A DNA stretch of 64,000 nucleotides from Pyrinomonadaceae bacterium (GTDB lineage: Bacteria > Acidobacteriota > Blastocatellia > Pyrinomonadales > Pyrinomonadaceae): assembly GCA_036389335.1 (NCBI GenBank), contig DASVQC010000085.1, forward strand, positions 1,408 to 65,407. Reading direction: 5' to 3'. Shown here one piece after another: positions 35,556 to 45,243 of the stretch (position 1 is the first letter of the stretch; each line of letters opens with the position of its first letter). Below the pieces are notes generated by a model. That model had not been told where the DNA came from. It did not search any database and worked only from the letters and a program-made list of their open reading frames with translations. The position numbers were made by a program, and so were the translations under genes.

Positions 35556-37391
35556 CTACACGCGCCGCACCCTCGTCCGGCCCAGCACCCTGACCACCTC
35601 GTCCACCAGCGCCGGGCGGAACCCGACCCGCTCGATGGCCTTGCGCGAGGCGACGTTCGTGTCCCTGACCATGATGTAGGCGCGCTCTGCGCCTTCGGCG
35701 AATCGGGTGCGCAGGATGTGCGTCAGTAGCGCCTGATAGAGTCGCCGCCCCCTGTATTCGGGGATCGTGTAAAAATCGTAGAGCGAGACCGAGCGCGGGG
35801 CGAATTCGAGTTCGGTCTGGGTCACGTCGATCCGCTCGGGCCCCTGCGGCCAGTAAGACCAGCCCCAGCCGGCGAGCCGCCCGTTGACCAAGACGGTGTG
35901 CAGCGTCCGCCCCTTCCGCAACTCGTCGGGCGCGCGCCGCACGCGCGCGCTGATCTCCCGCCCCGTCTCCTGCGACGCGCCCTGCCACCGCAACAGATCG
36001 CGCAGCTCGTCCTCGTTGAACGAACATACCTCGCCCTCGCCCAGCACGGGCTCGGCGGGCAGCAGGTCTGACGGCGCGGCGATCAGGGTCAGCCACCTGG
36101 CGCGCTCGCCGACGGCGTTGGCGACGCGCCGGGTCAAGCGCGCTAAGCTCTCCCTCGCGCCCAGCTCCGGCAGCCGCCGCGCCTGCTCGACCCTCTCGTC
36201 CAAACGCGCCTTGATGCCGTCCCACGCCTCCGGCCCCCTCAGCTTCGCCACCAGCAATTTCGACCCGGCGACCGATCTGTCGCGGAGGACTTGGGCGTAA
36301 TACTGACGCCGCCCGTAGATTTCCACGGTGGGAAGCTCGACGTGGCTGTTGGAAAATCTCTTCTTGTACTCCTCGACGCCGATGGTCAGATCGATCCCCC
36401 GCAGCCCCAGCCGCTGCGCGTCCTGAATGATCATCGCCAACAGCACGAGGCCCGGCGAGCGTTGCGTCTCGCGTATGTCGAAGGCGGGCGCGCCCCAATA
36501 GAGCACCCCGTCGCGGACGGGGCCGTAGTGCGCGGCGACGATCCGGCCACCCACGCTGAGCGTGACGGCGTGCACGTCCGCCGGGTTGTTGATGATCAGC
36601 GATTCGTAGAACGCCTGCTTCATGCCGTCGGTGAAAGAGACCGGGCGTCCGGCGTACATCTGCCGCAGGGAATGCTGATCGAAAAACTCGTGCTTGAACT
36701 CGTGCCACGCGGCGGCGGACTCGACGCGCTCAAGCCGCACCTCGCCCTGCCGCTGGTAGTGTTTGATCGCCTGCCGGACGGACTTCTTCTTCACGAACTC
36801 CGCCGCCGAGTTGTCGGTGGGCCACCAGCGCCAGCCCGGGTGCGTGCGCGGTATGACGTTGGCCCCCGGCACTCGCTTGCAGGCGGCGCGGGCCAGCGCC
36901 ACCGTGTTGGACTCGGGCAGCATGGGGCCGAGGCGCAGCGGCGTGGGGAAGTTGCCCGCGCGGTAAAACCGCAGCAGGTGCTCGACGACCATCTGCTTGT
37001 GCTGCGGCAGCGCGAGCACGTCCCTGTAGTCGGACATGATGCCGCTGGCGAAAACAAGCTCGCCCGTGGCGCGCTCGACCGCCAGCGGCACGAGCCCGGC
37101 GAGCGCGCCGCCGCACGTCACCACCAGCATCCGCGGCTGGTACCGCTCGTTGTAGGCGCGATACCATTCCAGACACCAGATCGGCCCTTGGAACAACGTC
37201 CCCGTCGGGTCGGCGGATAACAGGTTCTCCCACGCCGCGAGCGCGCCGCCGCCGCGCGCCGCCTCGATCTGCGACAGCTCCGTCAACTGCTGCGCCTCGT
37301 AGCGCAGCTTCCCGAGGTCGCCGCCCACCGCGGGCGACGCCGCGCGGGCCGCGAACTCTCTCAGTTCCTGAGTTTCCGTGCTTATACTCAT
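35556..37391 (-). CDS. Two-module acyltransferase: CelD/BcsL-FemAB-like (Acetyltransf_6-type) domain fused to a C-terminal GNAT domain
   Basis: 611 aa. The N-terminal ~400 aa (FQGPIWCLEWYRAYNERYQPRMLVVTCGGALAGLVPLAVE ... VGGRIVAAHYGPVRDGVLYWGAPAFD..SPGLVLLAMIIQDAQRLGLRGIDLTIG..YKKRF) resemble the CelD/FemAB-type fold found in PEP-CTERM loci. The C-terminal ~150 aa carry a GNAT core (FYTIPEYRGRRLYQALLTHIL ... NVASRKAIERVGFRP). Confidence 0.6.
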   Translation of the reverse strand: MSISTETQELREFAARAASPAVGGDLGKLRYEAQQLTELSQIEAARGGGALAAWENLLSADPTGTLFQGPIWCLEWYRAYNERYQPRMLVVTCGGALAGLVPLAVERATGELVFASGIMSDYRDVLALPQHKQMVVEHLLRFYRAGNFPTPLRLGPMLPESNTVALARAACKRVPGANVIPRTHPGWRWWPTDNSAAEFVKKKSVRQAIKHYQRQGEVRLERVESAAAWHEFKHEFFDQHSLRQMYAGRPVSFTDGMKQAFYESLIINNPADVHAVTLSVGGRIVAAHYGPVRDGVLYWGAPAFDIRETQRSPGLVLLAMIIQDAQRLGLRGIDLTIGVEEYKKRFSNSHVELPTVEIYGRRQYYAQVLRDRSVAGSKLLVAKLRGPEAWDGIKARLDERVEQARRLPELGARESLARLTRRVANAVGERARWLTLIAAPSDLLPAEPVLGEGEVCSFNEDELRDLLRWQGASQETGREISARVRRAPDELRKGRTLHTVLVNGRLAGWGWSYWPQGPERIDVTQTELEFAPRSVSLYDFYTIPEYRGRRLYQALLTHILRTRFAEGAERAYIMVRDTNVASRKAIERVGFRPALVDEVVRVLGRTRVRRV

Positions 37392-37497
37392 CTCGGTAAG
37401 AAGACTACGAAACTTCCGCGCGGGCGCGGGCCGGGTTCAAAGGGTTCTTAATTCGTTCGCGCCTCTGGGCACGTCCCGCCGCGGCCCCGGCCTCGGG

Positions 37498-38187
37498 CTA
37501 TGCGGGCGCTTTTGTGATGCTGAATGAAGGGGTCAAGGGGTTTGAATCCGGCATCTCGCGCCGTATGCTAAGTCCTAACTTAGCAATTTCTCGCCGCAGG
37601 AGCCACTCGGTGAGGAAGGTTTCGGGGCTAATCAGCCGCGCGCGTATCTGCCGCCCGAGGCAGTGATAGAGTGCGCCGGCGACCACGACCCGGCTGGCGT
37701 GGAGCATCGAGAGCAGGTTGCGCTCGCGCAGGCCCTGCCCGAACTTGTCGAGGTAAAAGCGGAGGTGATGGATCTTCAGCAGCAGCCTGCCGCCGGGGCG
37801 GAGCACGCGCGCCATCTCCGACAGCGCGTGGGCGTTATGCGTGTAAGGGAGCGCGAGGCGGCAGATGACCACGTCGAAGCTGTCGGAGGCGAACGGCAGG
37901 GCCTCGGCTTCGGCGCGCATGAAGACGACGCGCGCCTCGGGCAGGTGCGTGGCGAACAGCCGCCGGCCTATCTGCCCGACCGTCGGGGCCACGTCGACGC
38001 CCACGCCCAGCACGTCGCGCCCGTCGACGAAAGGCAAGAGTTCCTGGCCGGCCCCGCAGCCGACGTCGAGCACGCGCGCCACGTCGAGATCGTCCGTCTC
38101 GTTCAGACTGTTATTACGGCGCGCGTGGTCGCGCGCGAACATCTCCCACTCGGCGCAGACGTACTGATCGTATTCGTTCATCGCCAT
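37498..38187 (-). CDS. Class I SAM-dependent methyltransferase
   Basis: 229 aa with motif I VLDVGCGAGQELLPF, then FDVVICRLALPY and LRPGGRLLL. Confidence 0.8.
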   Translation of the reverse strand: MAMNEYDQYVCAEWEMFARDHARRNNSLNETDDLDVARVLDVGCGAGQELLPFVDGRDVLGVGVDVAPTVGQIGRRLFATHLPEARVVFMRAEAEALPFASDSFDVVICRLALPYTHNAHALSEMARVLRPGGRLLLKIHHLRFYLDKFGQGLRERNLLSMLHASRVVVAGALYHCLGRQIRARLISPETFLTEWLLRREIAKLGLSIRREMPDSNPLTPSFSITKAPA

Positions 38188-38304
38188 ACTCTCACCAACC
38201 CGCCGACCATGCCGGGCGACGCGCGCCCGCCGTCCTCACCGCCCCGCCCGACCGAACGCAGACGCCGCCCGCGCGCGCCCCGTCGCATTAAACTCATATT
38301 CGCA

Positions 38305-39453
38305 CTAAACTTTCAGCCGCCCCTTAATTAATTTCAGCCGGTAGTCGCGGAACTCGCCCGGCGCGCCTTCACGCCCGTCGCACGCGGCCAACATGATATT
38401 AACCATTTCCCGCGCGGTGACGAAGTGTAGGCGCGGGCCGGCGGCGCGGCGCGTCTCGTCGGTCAACTCTTGCAGGAAGCGTCGCACCGAGCCGCCCAGC
38501 ATCGCCTCCTCGTCGCGGGTGTCCATGCCGTGGCAATGCAGCTTGACGAACACCCAATCGGGACGCCCGCGCACCGTGATGGCGGCCCGCCGCCACAGCT
38601 CCAGTCTGCGCATGGTGAGCGGGTGTTTCGTGGTCACCTCGCCGTTCTCGATGTAGGGCACGGGGAGCCCGCGGATTTTACGGCTGAAGTCCAGCCCGAG
38701 CGGCCCCTGCACGATGAGCGGGAAGGTTTCGGGCGCGCGCCCGCGCCGCAGGTCGCGCCCGCTGCGGTGCGGCGCGCGGCGGGCGAGCGGTCGCGCGCAT
38801 TCGTACAGCGCGTTGATCTTCGACGTCTGCGCGGGGTTCGGGGCCGAGGGCAGCGTCATGTCGGCGTAACACCCCGTCTCGGCCAGCAACTGCATCTCCT
38901 CATCGACGCCGCAGCAGACCCCGTTGCCGGAGTTGGCTAACGTCCAGTTGCCGTGGACGAAGGCGTACCGCGCCGGCCCCTCGCCGTCCCAGCGCGAGAG
39001 GCAGCCCTGCTCGACCAGCGCGTCCCTGAACTCTTCGAGCACGCGCCGCGTGTTGGCCGCCGTGTCCGGCGACTGCACCCCGTGGTGCAGGTGAGTTTCG
39101 ATCTCCCCCCACCCGGCGTGACAATGTTCGGCGAGTCGTTCGACGAGCGACTTCTCGTACTGCTCCGCCGGGTAAAAATAGGTGTGGCGCAGCGGCTGAC
39201 CGTCCGCGTCGCGCCACCTGCCGACGGCGGTCGGGTACTCCCTGCACCAGCGTTCCAGCCGCCGCTCCTGCTCCGGCAGATCGGCGAACAGGTGCGGCGC
39301 GTCGGGGCGGAAGGCGGGCTCGAAATGGTCGGCCAGACAGAGGATGAGGTGCGCGGGGGCGGAGCGCACCGGGCGGCGCGCGAGCTGCTGCCAGCCGTAC
39401 GCCGGCAGCCAGCGTAGCGACGACAGAGCTTTCTGCGCTTGAGTTGCGAGCAT
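38305..39453 (-). CDS. Hypothetical protein; possible metal-dependent polysaccharide deacetylase/hydrolase-like (beta/alpha)-barrel
   Basis: 382 aa with no TM or signal peptide. His/Asp-rich blocks are spaced like CE4-type motifs: LILCLADHFEP, EIETHLHHG, AFVHGNWTLANSG, FVKLHCHGM. This is pattern-level only and I do not recognise the family with certainty. Confidence 0.35.
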   Translation of the reverse strand: MLATQAQKALSSLRWLPAYGWQQLARRPVRSAPAHLILCLADHFEPAFRPDAPHLFADLPEQERRLERWCREYPTAVGRWRDADGQPLRHTYFYPAEQYEKSLVERLAEHCHAGWGEIETHLHHGVQSPDTAANTRRVLEEFRDALVEQGCLSRWDGEGPARYAFVHGNWTLANSGNGVCCGVDEEMQLLAETGCYADMTLPSAPNPAQTSKINALYECARPLARRAPHRSGRDLRRGRAPETFPLIVQGPLGLDFSRKIRGLPVPYIENGEVTTKHPLTMRRLELWRRAAITVRGRPDWVFVKLHCHGMDTRDEEAMLGGSVRRFLQELTDETRRAAGPRLHFVTAREMVNIMLAACDGREGAPGEFRDYRLKLIKGRLKV

Positions 39454-39552
39454 AACTTGTTTCAGTGCCGTGAGGGCGTCGCGCCGGAGTCCGCCGGGCC
39501 ACGTCCGCGCGCCGCCCGTCCGGCCCCGCCCCGCGGCGCGCGGGCGCGCCCG

Positions 39553-41085
39553 TCAGGCCAGCGAGTCTTGCTCCTTGGTGCCGGAGAGGTAGCGCCGCGC
39601 GAGCGCAACCCATCGTTTAATAATCGTCTGCTCTTGCGGCGTCAGCACGCCGAGTATCAACAGGGCGAGCAGGTAACAGATCGAGAAGACGACGCCGCAG
39701 AGGCCGAGCAGGATGAACGCGTTGAGATCGGCTGCCAGCTTGCGCGCCAGCAGCGTCACGCAGGCCGCGAACGCGGACGCGACGAGCAGCTTGCCCACGT
39801 CTTTGAGCAACGCCCAGTCGCGCCTCGTCACCCCCAGCAGGCGACCGACCCTGAGCGAGATGATGACGCGCTCGACGACGCTGGCCGCCACCACGATGGA
39901 GACCGCGCCGATCATGCCGAAGCGGCGGGTGCCGAACCAGAGGGCCACGGCCAGCAGCGCCACCAGCACGACGCGCGCCCGCAGCAGAAAGTAACGCTGC
40001 TCGGCGTAGGCCCGCAGCACAGGATCGTAGGCGCTCGTGATCACGCTGAGCGGGATTTGCGCGAGGTTGATCGCGAAGATGGGCCAACTGGCGATGTACT
40101 TCGTGGTGAACAGGACGACGATGAATTGCGGGCCGACCACCAGCAGGAGCGCGTAGAACGGCAGCGCGATGGCCGACAGCTTGCGGATCATGCGGGCGAG
40201 CAGCTCCACGATCTCGCGCCGCGCCCCCGCCTTTTGCAGGCTGCTCACGCGCGGGATCATCACCGAGCCGATGGCGTCGCTGATCAAAAAGAAGAGAGGG
40301 ATGTTGAAGCAGCCGATGGAGTAGACGGCGAGCGCCGCCGCGCCCAGTTGTTTCGAGACGAAGAAGTTATCCAGGTCTATCTGGAAGCGCAGGATGGTGG
40401 CCGCCACGCCGAGCGGCAGCGCGTAGGACAACTGCGCCCGGAGCAGCGACCGGTCGAAGCCGCGCCAGAACCGTCCGAAGCGCCTGCGGAGGTAGATCAG
40501 CAGCGTGATCAGTTGCAGCGCGCCTTGCAGGATCGAGGCGTAGAGCAGCGCCCTGAAGGAGCCGAACACGACGACCGCGCCGATCATGAAGGCCGTCTTG
40601 GTGAGGTTGCTCGTGACGATGAAGATCGTCGCCAGCCTGATCTCCTGGTTGGCGACGGCGACGGTCTCCAGAAAGGACGAGCAGCCCCACGTCAGGACGA
40701 TCAGCGCGACGAGCGGCGCGTAGGCCGTCAACTCCTGGCCGCCGAGGATCGCGCTCAGCAGGGAGGGGCGCAGCAGTATCGCCGCGCAGGCCGCGCCGAT
40801 GACCAGCAGGTAGAAGAGCAGGATGTTGAAAACGATCAGGCCCTTGCGCTCCCCCTCGCGCGGCAGGTAGTAGTAGGCGCTCATGTGGAAGCCGAAGGGG
40901 AGGATGAGGACGGCGCTGCCGACGATGAGGAAGACCTGCTTGTAGAGACCGAACTCCTCCTGATTCAAGCGCCGCACCAACAGCAGCGGGAGCGCGAAGC
41001 TGAAGACGTAGCCGAGCGTCTTAGCCAGCAACATCCACGTCGCGTGCGCGGTCAGGGAAGAACGATCTTGGGTGCCCGTCGTCAT
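39553..41085 (-). CDS. wzx: Wzx-type oligosaccharide flippase (MOP/polysaccharide biosynthesis protein family)
   Basis: 510 aa with about 12-14 TM segments. The N-terminus WMLLAKTLGYVFSFALPLLLVRRLNQEEFGLYKQVFLIV is typical of the PST/MOP family. Confidence 0.78.
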   Translation of the reverse strand: MTTGTQDRSSLTAHATWMLLAKTLGYVFSFALPLLLVRRLNQEEFGLYKQVFLIVGSAVLILPFGFHMSAYYYLPREGERKGLIVFNILLFYLLVIGAACAAILLRPSLLSAILGGQELTAYAPLVALIVLTWGCSSFLETVAVANQEIRLATIFIVTSNLTKTAFMIGAVVVFGSFRALLYASILQGALQLITLLIYLRRRFGRFWRGFDRSLLRAQLSYALPLGVAATILRFQIDLDNFFVSKQLGAAALAVYSIGCFNIPLFFLISDAIGSVMIPRVSSLQKAGARREIVELLARMIRKLSAIALPFYALLLVVGPQFIVVLFTTKYIASWPIFAINLAQIPLSVITSAYDPVLRAYAEQRYFLLRARVVLVALLAVALWFGTRRFGMIGAVSIVVAASVVERVIISLRVGRLLGVTRRDWALLKDVGKLLVASAFAACVTLLARKLAADLNAFILLGLCGVVFSICYLLALLILGVLTPQEQTIIKRWVALARRYLSGTKEQDSLA

Positions 41086-41151
41086 GCGGATTAATCCATG
41101 GAGTCTAACAACGCGTCTCGCCGCGGGCGCTGCCGCCGCCGCGCGTCGGCT

Positions 41152-42369
41152 TCAATTCTCATCGGAGCGGGCGACGGAGGCGGGGGGTGCGGGCAGGAAG
41201 CTGCCAGCCGGCTCGCGGATCGGCTCCCAACGGGCGTAACGCTCCCCGCGGATGAACTTGTAGAAGGCGATCAGCGCGGCCAGATTAGCCAAGGTGAAAT
41301 ACTGCGGGAGGGCCAACAGGCGGCTGTGCCTGCCCGCCCGCTCGAACGCCCACCCCGCCGCCGCCGCCAGGTAAAAACAGATTTGGGCCAGCGCCGAGAC
41401 CGCGTAGAGGCGCGAGCCGCGCGCGAGAACCAGCGAGCTGGCGAGCAGCGAGAGCAGGAAGACGGGCACGAGGTAGCGCATGACCTTGTGCGAGATCAGT
41501 TGCACGGCGTAGAACCCGCTGCGCAGGGGGTTCAGCATGGCGCGGTGCCGCCACAAGTCGGTGAACGTCTGCGTGATGATCCGCACCCGCATCCGCAATT
41601 CCTTGTGCCCCGCCTGGTTCGTCTCCTCCGTGCAGACGGCCCCCGGCTCGTAGATCGCCCGGAGGTTCTGTTCGACCATCTTGGTGGCGATCAGAAAGTC
41701 GCTGCAAGCCTCGTCGTAGAGGGGCACGTAGGCCGCGCGGCGCACCGCGTAGAGGCAGCCCGAGACCCCGATGAGCGAGCACACGCGGCTCTCGCACCGC
41801 TTCAAAAAGACTTCGTAATCCCAGTAAGAGAGCGCGCCGCGCCCGACGTTCGTCCGCGCGGGATCGACGTAGACGAGCCGCCCGGCCACGCAGCCGACCG
41901 TGGGGTCGCCGAAGTTCGGCACTATCGCGCGCAGCACGTCCGGCTGGTAGAGGGTGGTGGCGTCGGAGAAAAGGAGGATGTCGCCGCCGGACTTTTCCAC
42001 CGCGGCGTTCTGCGCGGCGGTCTTGCCGAGCCGCTCGGCCTGCCGGTGCAGCTTGACGCCGCGGTGAGCGAACGAGCGCGCGATCTCGTCCGTCCGGTCG
42101 GAGGAGCAGTCCGAGGCGACGAGCACTTCGAGCTTGTCGCGGTCGTAGTCGAGCGCCAGCGTGTTCTCAAGCTTGGCGGCCAGATCGCGCTCCTCGTTGT
42201 AAGCCGTGATGATGACGGTCACGGTGGGCGACAGCCCCGGCGCGCGCCTGACGGCCTGCGGGCGCAGGCGACTCATCAGGAAGAGCACGAGCGGGTAACC
42301 GGCATAGGTGTAGGCGAGCGCCGCCGCGCTCGCCCATAACAAACACCCGGCTAGTAGATTAATATCCAT
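41152..42369 (-). CDS. Membrane GT2 glycosyltransferase (PgaC/NodC-like architecture)
   Basis: 405 aa. An N-terminal TM is followed by the GT-A core VTVIITAYNEERDL..VASDCSSDRT..GKTAAQNAAV..LLFSDATTLY, then RMRVRIITQTFTDLWRHR (QxxRW-like position) and 3 C-terminal TM helices. Confidence 0.78.
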   Translation of the reverse strand: MDINLLAGCLLWASAAALAYTYAGYPLVLFLMSRLRPQAVRRAPGLSPTVTVIITAYNEERDLAAKLENTLALDYDRDKLEVLVASDCSSDRTDEIARSFAHRGVKLHRQAERLGKTAAQNAAVEKSGGDILLFSDATTLYQPDVLRAIVPNFGDPTVGCVAGRLVYVDPARTNVGRGALSYWDYEVFLKRCESRVCSLIGVSGCLYAVRRAAYVPLYDEACSDFLIATKMVEQNLRAIYEPGAVCTEETNQAGHKELRMRVRIITQTFTDLWRHRAMLNPLRSGFYAVQLISHKVMRYLVPVFLLSLLASSLVLARGSRLYAVSALAQICFYLAAAAGWAFERAGRHSRLLALPQYFTLANLAALIAFYKFIRGERYARWEPIREPAGSFLPAPPASVARSDEN

Positions 42370-43879
42370 CGCCCGCGCCCGCCGCCTCCGCGCCCGCGAG
42401 GGCGGGCTCGCCGGCGCGCGGCCCCGCGCGCTTTTGCGCCCGCGCCGCCTTCCGGCTCGCGATCACCTCTTCCATGTCAACGCCCGTCTGCGACTCGTAC
42501 AGCCTGCGGAAGCACACGGCGTACCCGATCAGGTAATAGACATACCAATAATACGCCACCGAGGCAAAAAAACTGGTGACCATGTAGCCGACGATGCTGG
42601 CCTGCAGGCCGACCGCCAGGTAGTAATTGGACGTACCTTTGCGCGCCGAGAGCGTGGCCCGCTCGATGAGCCGCAGGCGCTTGAGCGGGGTCAATAAAAA
42701 TTTGACGTAGACGACGCAGGCCGTCAGCCCCATCTCGGACGCGACCTGCGTGTAGGCGTTATGGCTCACTTGTTCGTGCAGCGCCCGGTAGTGAAAGTTA
42801 TTCATCCCGACGCCGAACAGCGGGTAACGCAGGGCGACGAGGATCGATCTTTGTAGCAAGTTCCGGCGCGCGCCGCGCGAGCTGTTCGGATCGAGGTCGG
42901 GGACGAAGATCGAGGCCAGCCGCATCCCGTAGTTGCCGGGGGCCAGTGCGACGAACAAGACGCCGCCGACGAGCAAGACCAGCATCACCGCGAGCCGGTT
43001 GCGCCGCCCCAGCTTCCACGCCAAGACGATCGCCACGAAGATCAGGCCCAGGAAGCCGCCGCGCGAATAGGTGACCGTAGTGGCCGCCACGAGCAGCACC
43101 GCCGCCGCCCAGTAAACAACCTTCATCAAGACGTTGCGCGCGCTCAGTCCGAGCGCGACGGCGATGGGGATGACGGTCACCAGATGCAGCGCCATGTCGT
43201 TCGGGTTTCCGAACATGCCGCCGATGCTGCCGCCCACGCGGTAGCCTTCCACCGTGACGTTGCCGGCGCTGTAGTCCCTGACCGCGTTGAAGCTGATCAC
43301 GCAGCTCACCGCGAGGGTGAGGAAGAAGAGGCCCCGCAGGCGGCGCTCGGTCCTCACCACGTTCACGATCACGATGAAGATCAGGACGGCCTTGATGAAG
43401 GTGTCGTTGAAGGTGGCCCAAGCCTCGGGCGGATTGATGGCGAAGGGGATGCTGAGGAGCGCGGTGAGGCAGAACAGGAGCACGAGGTTGACCTCGCGCG
43501 GGCGCTCGGTCAGGTTGCCTTCGAGCGCCAGTTGCGAGGGGAAGAAAATGATTAAGGTCAGGATGGCCGTCCAGGAGGCGCTGGCCATTAACCACTCGCC
43601 GGAGGACAAATACTCGTAGGGTCTGAAGTAGAGGATGGTCGTAAACAGAAAAAGCCCCGCGTAGGTGAGCGCGTGGCCGCCTTTCGGCGGTCGCGCGCCG
43701 GCACCGACGGGGGCGTCAGCCGCGGGCGACCGTGCGTTCTGTTCGTCCGTCTCTTTTTCCGCCGCGACGCCCGGCGCGTCGTCGCGGGGGGACGGTCTGC
43801 CGCCGCGGTACGCGTGGGTTACTGAGTCCGATGGCGGCGAGACTGGTTCATAATCCACGTGCTGCCCGTGATGAATCAT
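42359..43879 (-). CDS. O-antigen ligase / Wzy-like polymerase family membrane protein
   Basis: 506 aa. A low-complexity N-terminal ~70 aa is followed by more than 10 TM segments. The Wzy_C-type block is TVTYSRGGFLGLIFVAIVLAW. There is a large loop (..FVPDLDPNSSRGARRNLLQRS..) and HNAYTQVASEMGL. Confidence 0.78.
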   Translation of the reverse strand: MIHHGQHVDYEPVSPPSDSVTHAYRGGRPSPRDDAPGVAAEKETDEQNARSPAADAPVGAGARPPKGGHALTYAGLFLFTTILYFRPYEYLSSGEWLMASASWTAILTLIIFFPSQLALEGNLTERPREVNLVLLFCLTALLSIPFAINPPEAWATFNDTFIKAVLIFIVIVNVVRTERRLRGLFFLTLAVSCVISFNAVRDYSAGNVTVEGYRVGGSIGGMFGNPNDMALHLVTVIPIAVALGLSARNVLMKVVYWAAAVLLVAATTVTYSRGGFLGLIFVAIVLAWKLGRRNRLAVMLVLLVGGVLFVALAPGNYGMRLASIFVPDLDPNSSRGARRNLLQRSILVALRYPLFGVGMNNFHYRALHEQVSHNAYTQVASEMGLTACVVYVKFLLTPLKRLRLIERATLSARKGTSNYYLAVGLQASIVGYMVTSFFASVAYYWYVYYLIGYAVCFRRLYESQTGVDMEEVIASRKAARAQKRAGPRAGEPALAGAEAAGAGDGY

Positions 43880-44040
43880 TTACGACACTCGGTTACCACG
43901 ATTAAACCCACGCCGGTAGATTCACCCGCGCCGCGCGGCACGCCCACGGGCGCGAGGCGGGGACCGGGTTGACACCCGATCACCGCCGGCCCGCCAGACT
44001 TCAGTTTATAACACGACGGAACCGGATCGACTGCACGCCC

Positions 44041-45243
44041 TCACACCGTCGCCATGCTCTTATCTTCGTTCATGACGCAGAGCGCGCGCACGCGCTCGCG
44101 CAGCGAGAGCTCGAAGTGGCGCGCCTCCTCGATCTCGGAGAAGGCGAGGGCGCGCAGTTCCTGCTCGATGCGGCGGCGGTAGTCGGAGACGAGCGAGTCG
44201 GAGACGCCGAGCCGCGCGGCGGCTTCGAGCTGCGTCACGTGATCGGGGCACAGGTAGCAGTGCCAGAGCACGCCGAGGATGCGGTCGTACTGCTTGGCCT
44301 TCCCGCGCACGGAGTCGCGCAGGCCCTGCAAGAATATGTCCACGTAGCCGGCGGCGGCCTGCTCCGACTCGCGGCGCAGCAGCCCCTGCTCCGGGTTCTC
44401 CCTCGTGTCGGCGGGCTCGAAGACGCGCCCCTCGTCCGAGTCGTCGCCGCCGAGGGGCACGAGGTAGATGTCCATCACGGGCAGGCGCGACATGACGAGG
44501 CTGCGCAGGCTACGCACGTCGATGGGCGCGTCGCAGGCTTCGAGCACGGAGACGATCAGGTCTTCGAGGTCGGAGTTGCTGATGATGATCTGCGCGTCGC
44601 CGGTGCAGCCGACCATGCGCGTGTCGCGCTGGCGCACGGGGATCATGTGCGCGCGCTGCTCCAGCTCCTGCGCGCCCCGGCGCGGCTTGCCGTCGGCCCA
44701 CTCGGAGAGGCCGTAGACGCGGTCGGCGAGGCGGCGGTGCTGCTCGTCCTCGCCCTCGGCGGGGGCGCTCGCGTCGAAGCGGCGGAAGTTGGCGCTCGAC
44801 TGGATGATGGTCGAGATGCGGCGCGCGAGCCGGTAACTTTCGGGGTGGCGCTTGCGGAGTTCAGCCGTCAGCAGGTTGGTCAGCTCGATCTGCCCGATCT
44901 CGCACTCGATCTCGGCGTCGGACATCCCGGTTTCGAGGTAGTGCTGGAAGCGGCCCTTCGAGAGGAGCGTGACGAACAACTCCTGCGTCAGATCGACGTA
45001 GGCGTTGCCGCGCTCGCCGCCCTCGACGAGCAGCCCCGCGCTCTGCGAGGCGCGCACGAGCGGGTGGTTGCAGACGAGGCGGTGCAATTCCGACCAGAGG
45101 TGCGTCACGTCGGAACGGCGCAACGACTCGACCCAGCGCGCGAGGCTGGCGCGCGCGCCGGAGCGCGTCTGCGCGCGTGAGCCTTCGGGCGCGCCCGTCT
45201 TGGCGCTCGATTGCTGGTTATGATTGGCGGAGGTTGCAGCCAT
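44041..45243 (-). CDS. Atypical sigma-70-like regulator candidate (sigma2-like and sigma4-like blocks separated by a long insert)
   Basis: I start it at the ATG at 45243 (MAATSANHNQ). The block YVDLTQELFVTLLSKGRF resembles ECF region 2.1/2.2 (..DLxQExFlxl..). The C-terminal VTQLEAAARLGVSDSLVSDYRRRIEQELRAL resembles a region 4.2 HTH. About 200 aa lie between the two blocks, which is much longer than in ECF sigmas. A ZAS-type gene is divergent. The assignment is tentative. Confidence 0.4.
   Translation of the reverse strand: MAATSANHNQQSSAKTGAPEGSRAQTRSGARASLARWVESLRRSDVTHLWSELHRLVCNHPLVRASQSAGLLVEGGERGNAYVDLTQELFVTLLSKGRFQHYLETGMSDAEIECEIGQIELTNLLTAELRKRHPESYRLARRISTIIQSSANFRRFDASAPAEGEDEQHRRLADRVYGLSEWADGKPRRGAQELEQRAHMIPVRQRDTRMVGCTGDAQIIISNSDLEDLIVSVLEACDAPIDVRSLRSLVMSRLPVMDIYLVPLGGDDSDEGRVFEPADTRENPEQGLLRRESEQAAAGYVDIFLQGLRDSVRGKAKQYDRILGVLWHCYLCPDHVTQLEAAARLGVSDSLVSDYRRRIEQELRALAFSEIEEARHFELSLRERVRALCVMNEDKSMATV

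Noticed and set aside
43880-44040. A plus-strand TTGACA ... TATAAC pair in the gap upstream of the Wzy/GT2/Wzx string.
   Set aside because: The spacing is about 32 nt, far from 17, and the orientation is wrong for the minus-strand operon. It is not a credible promoter.
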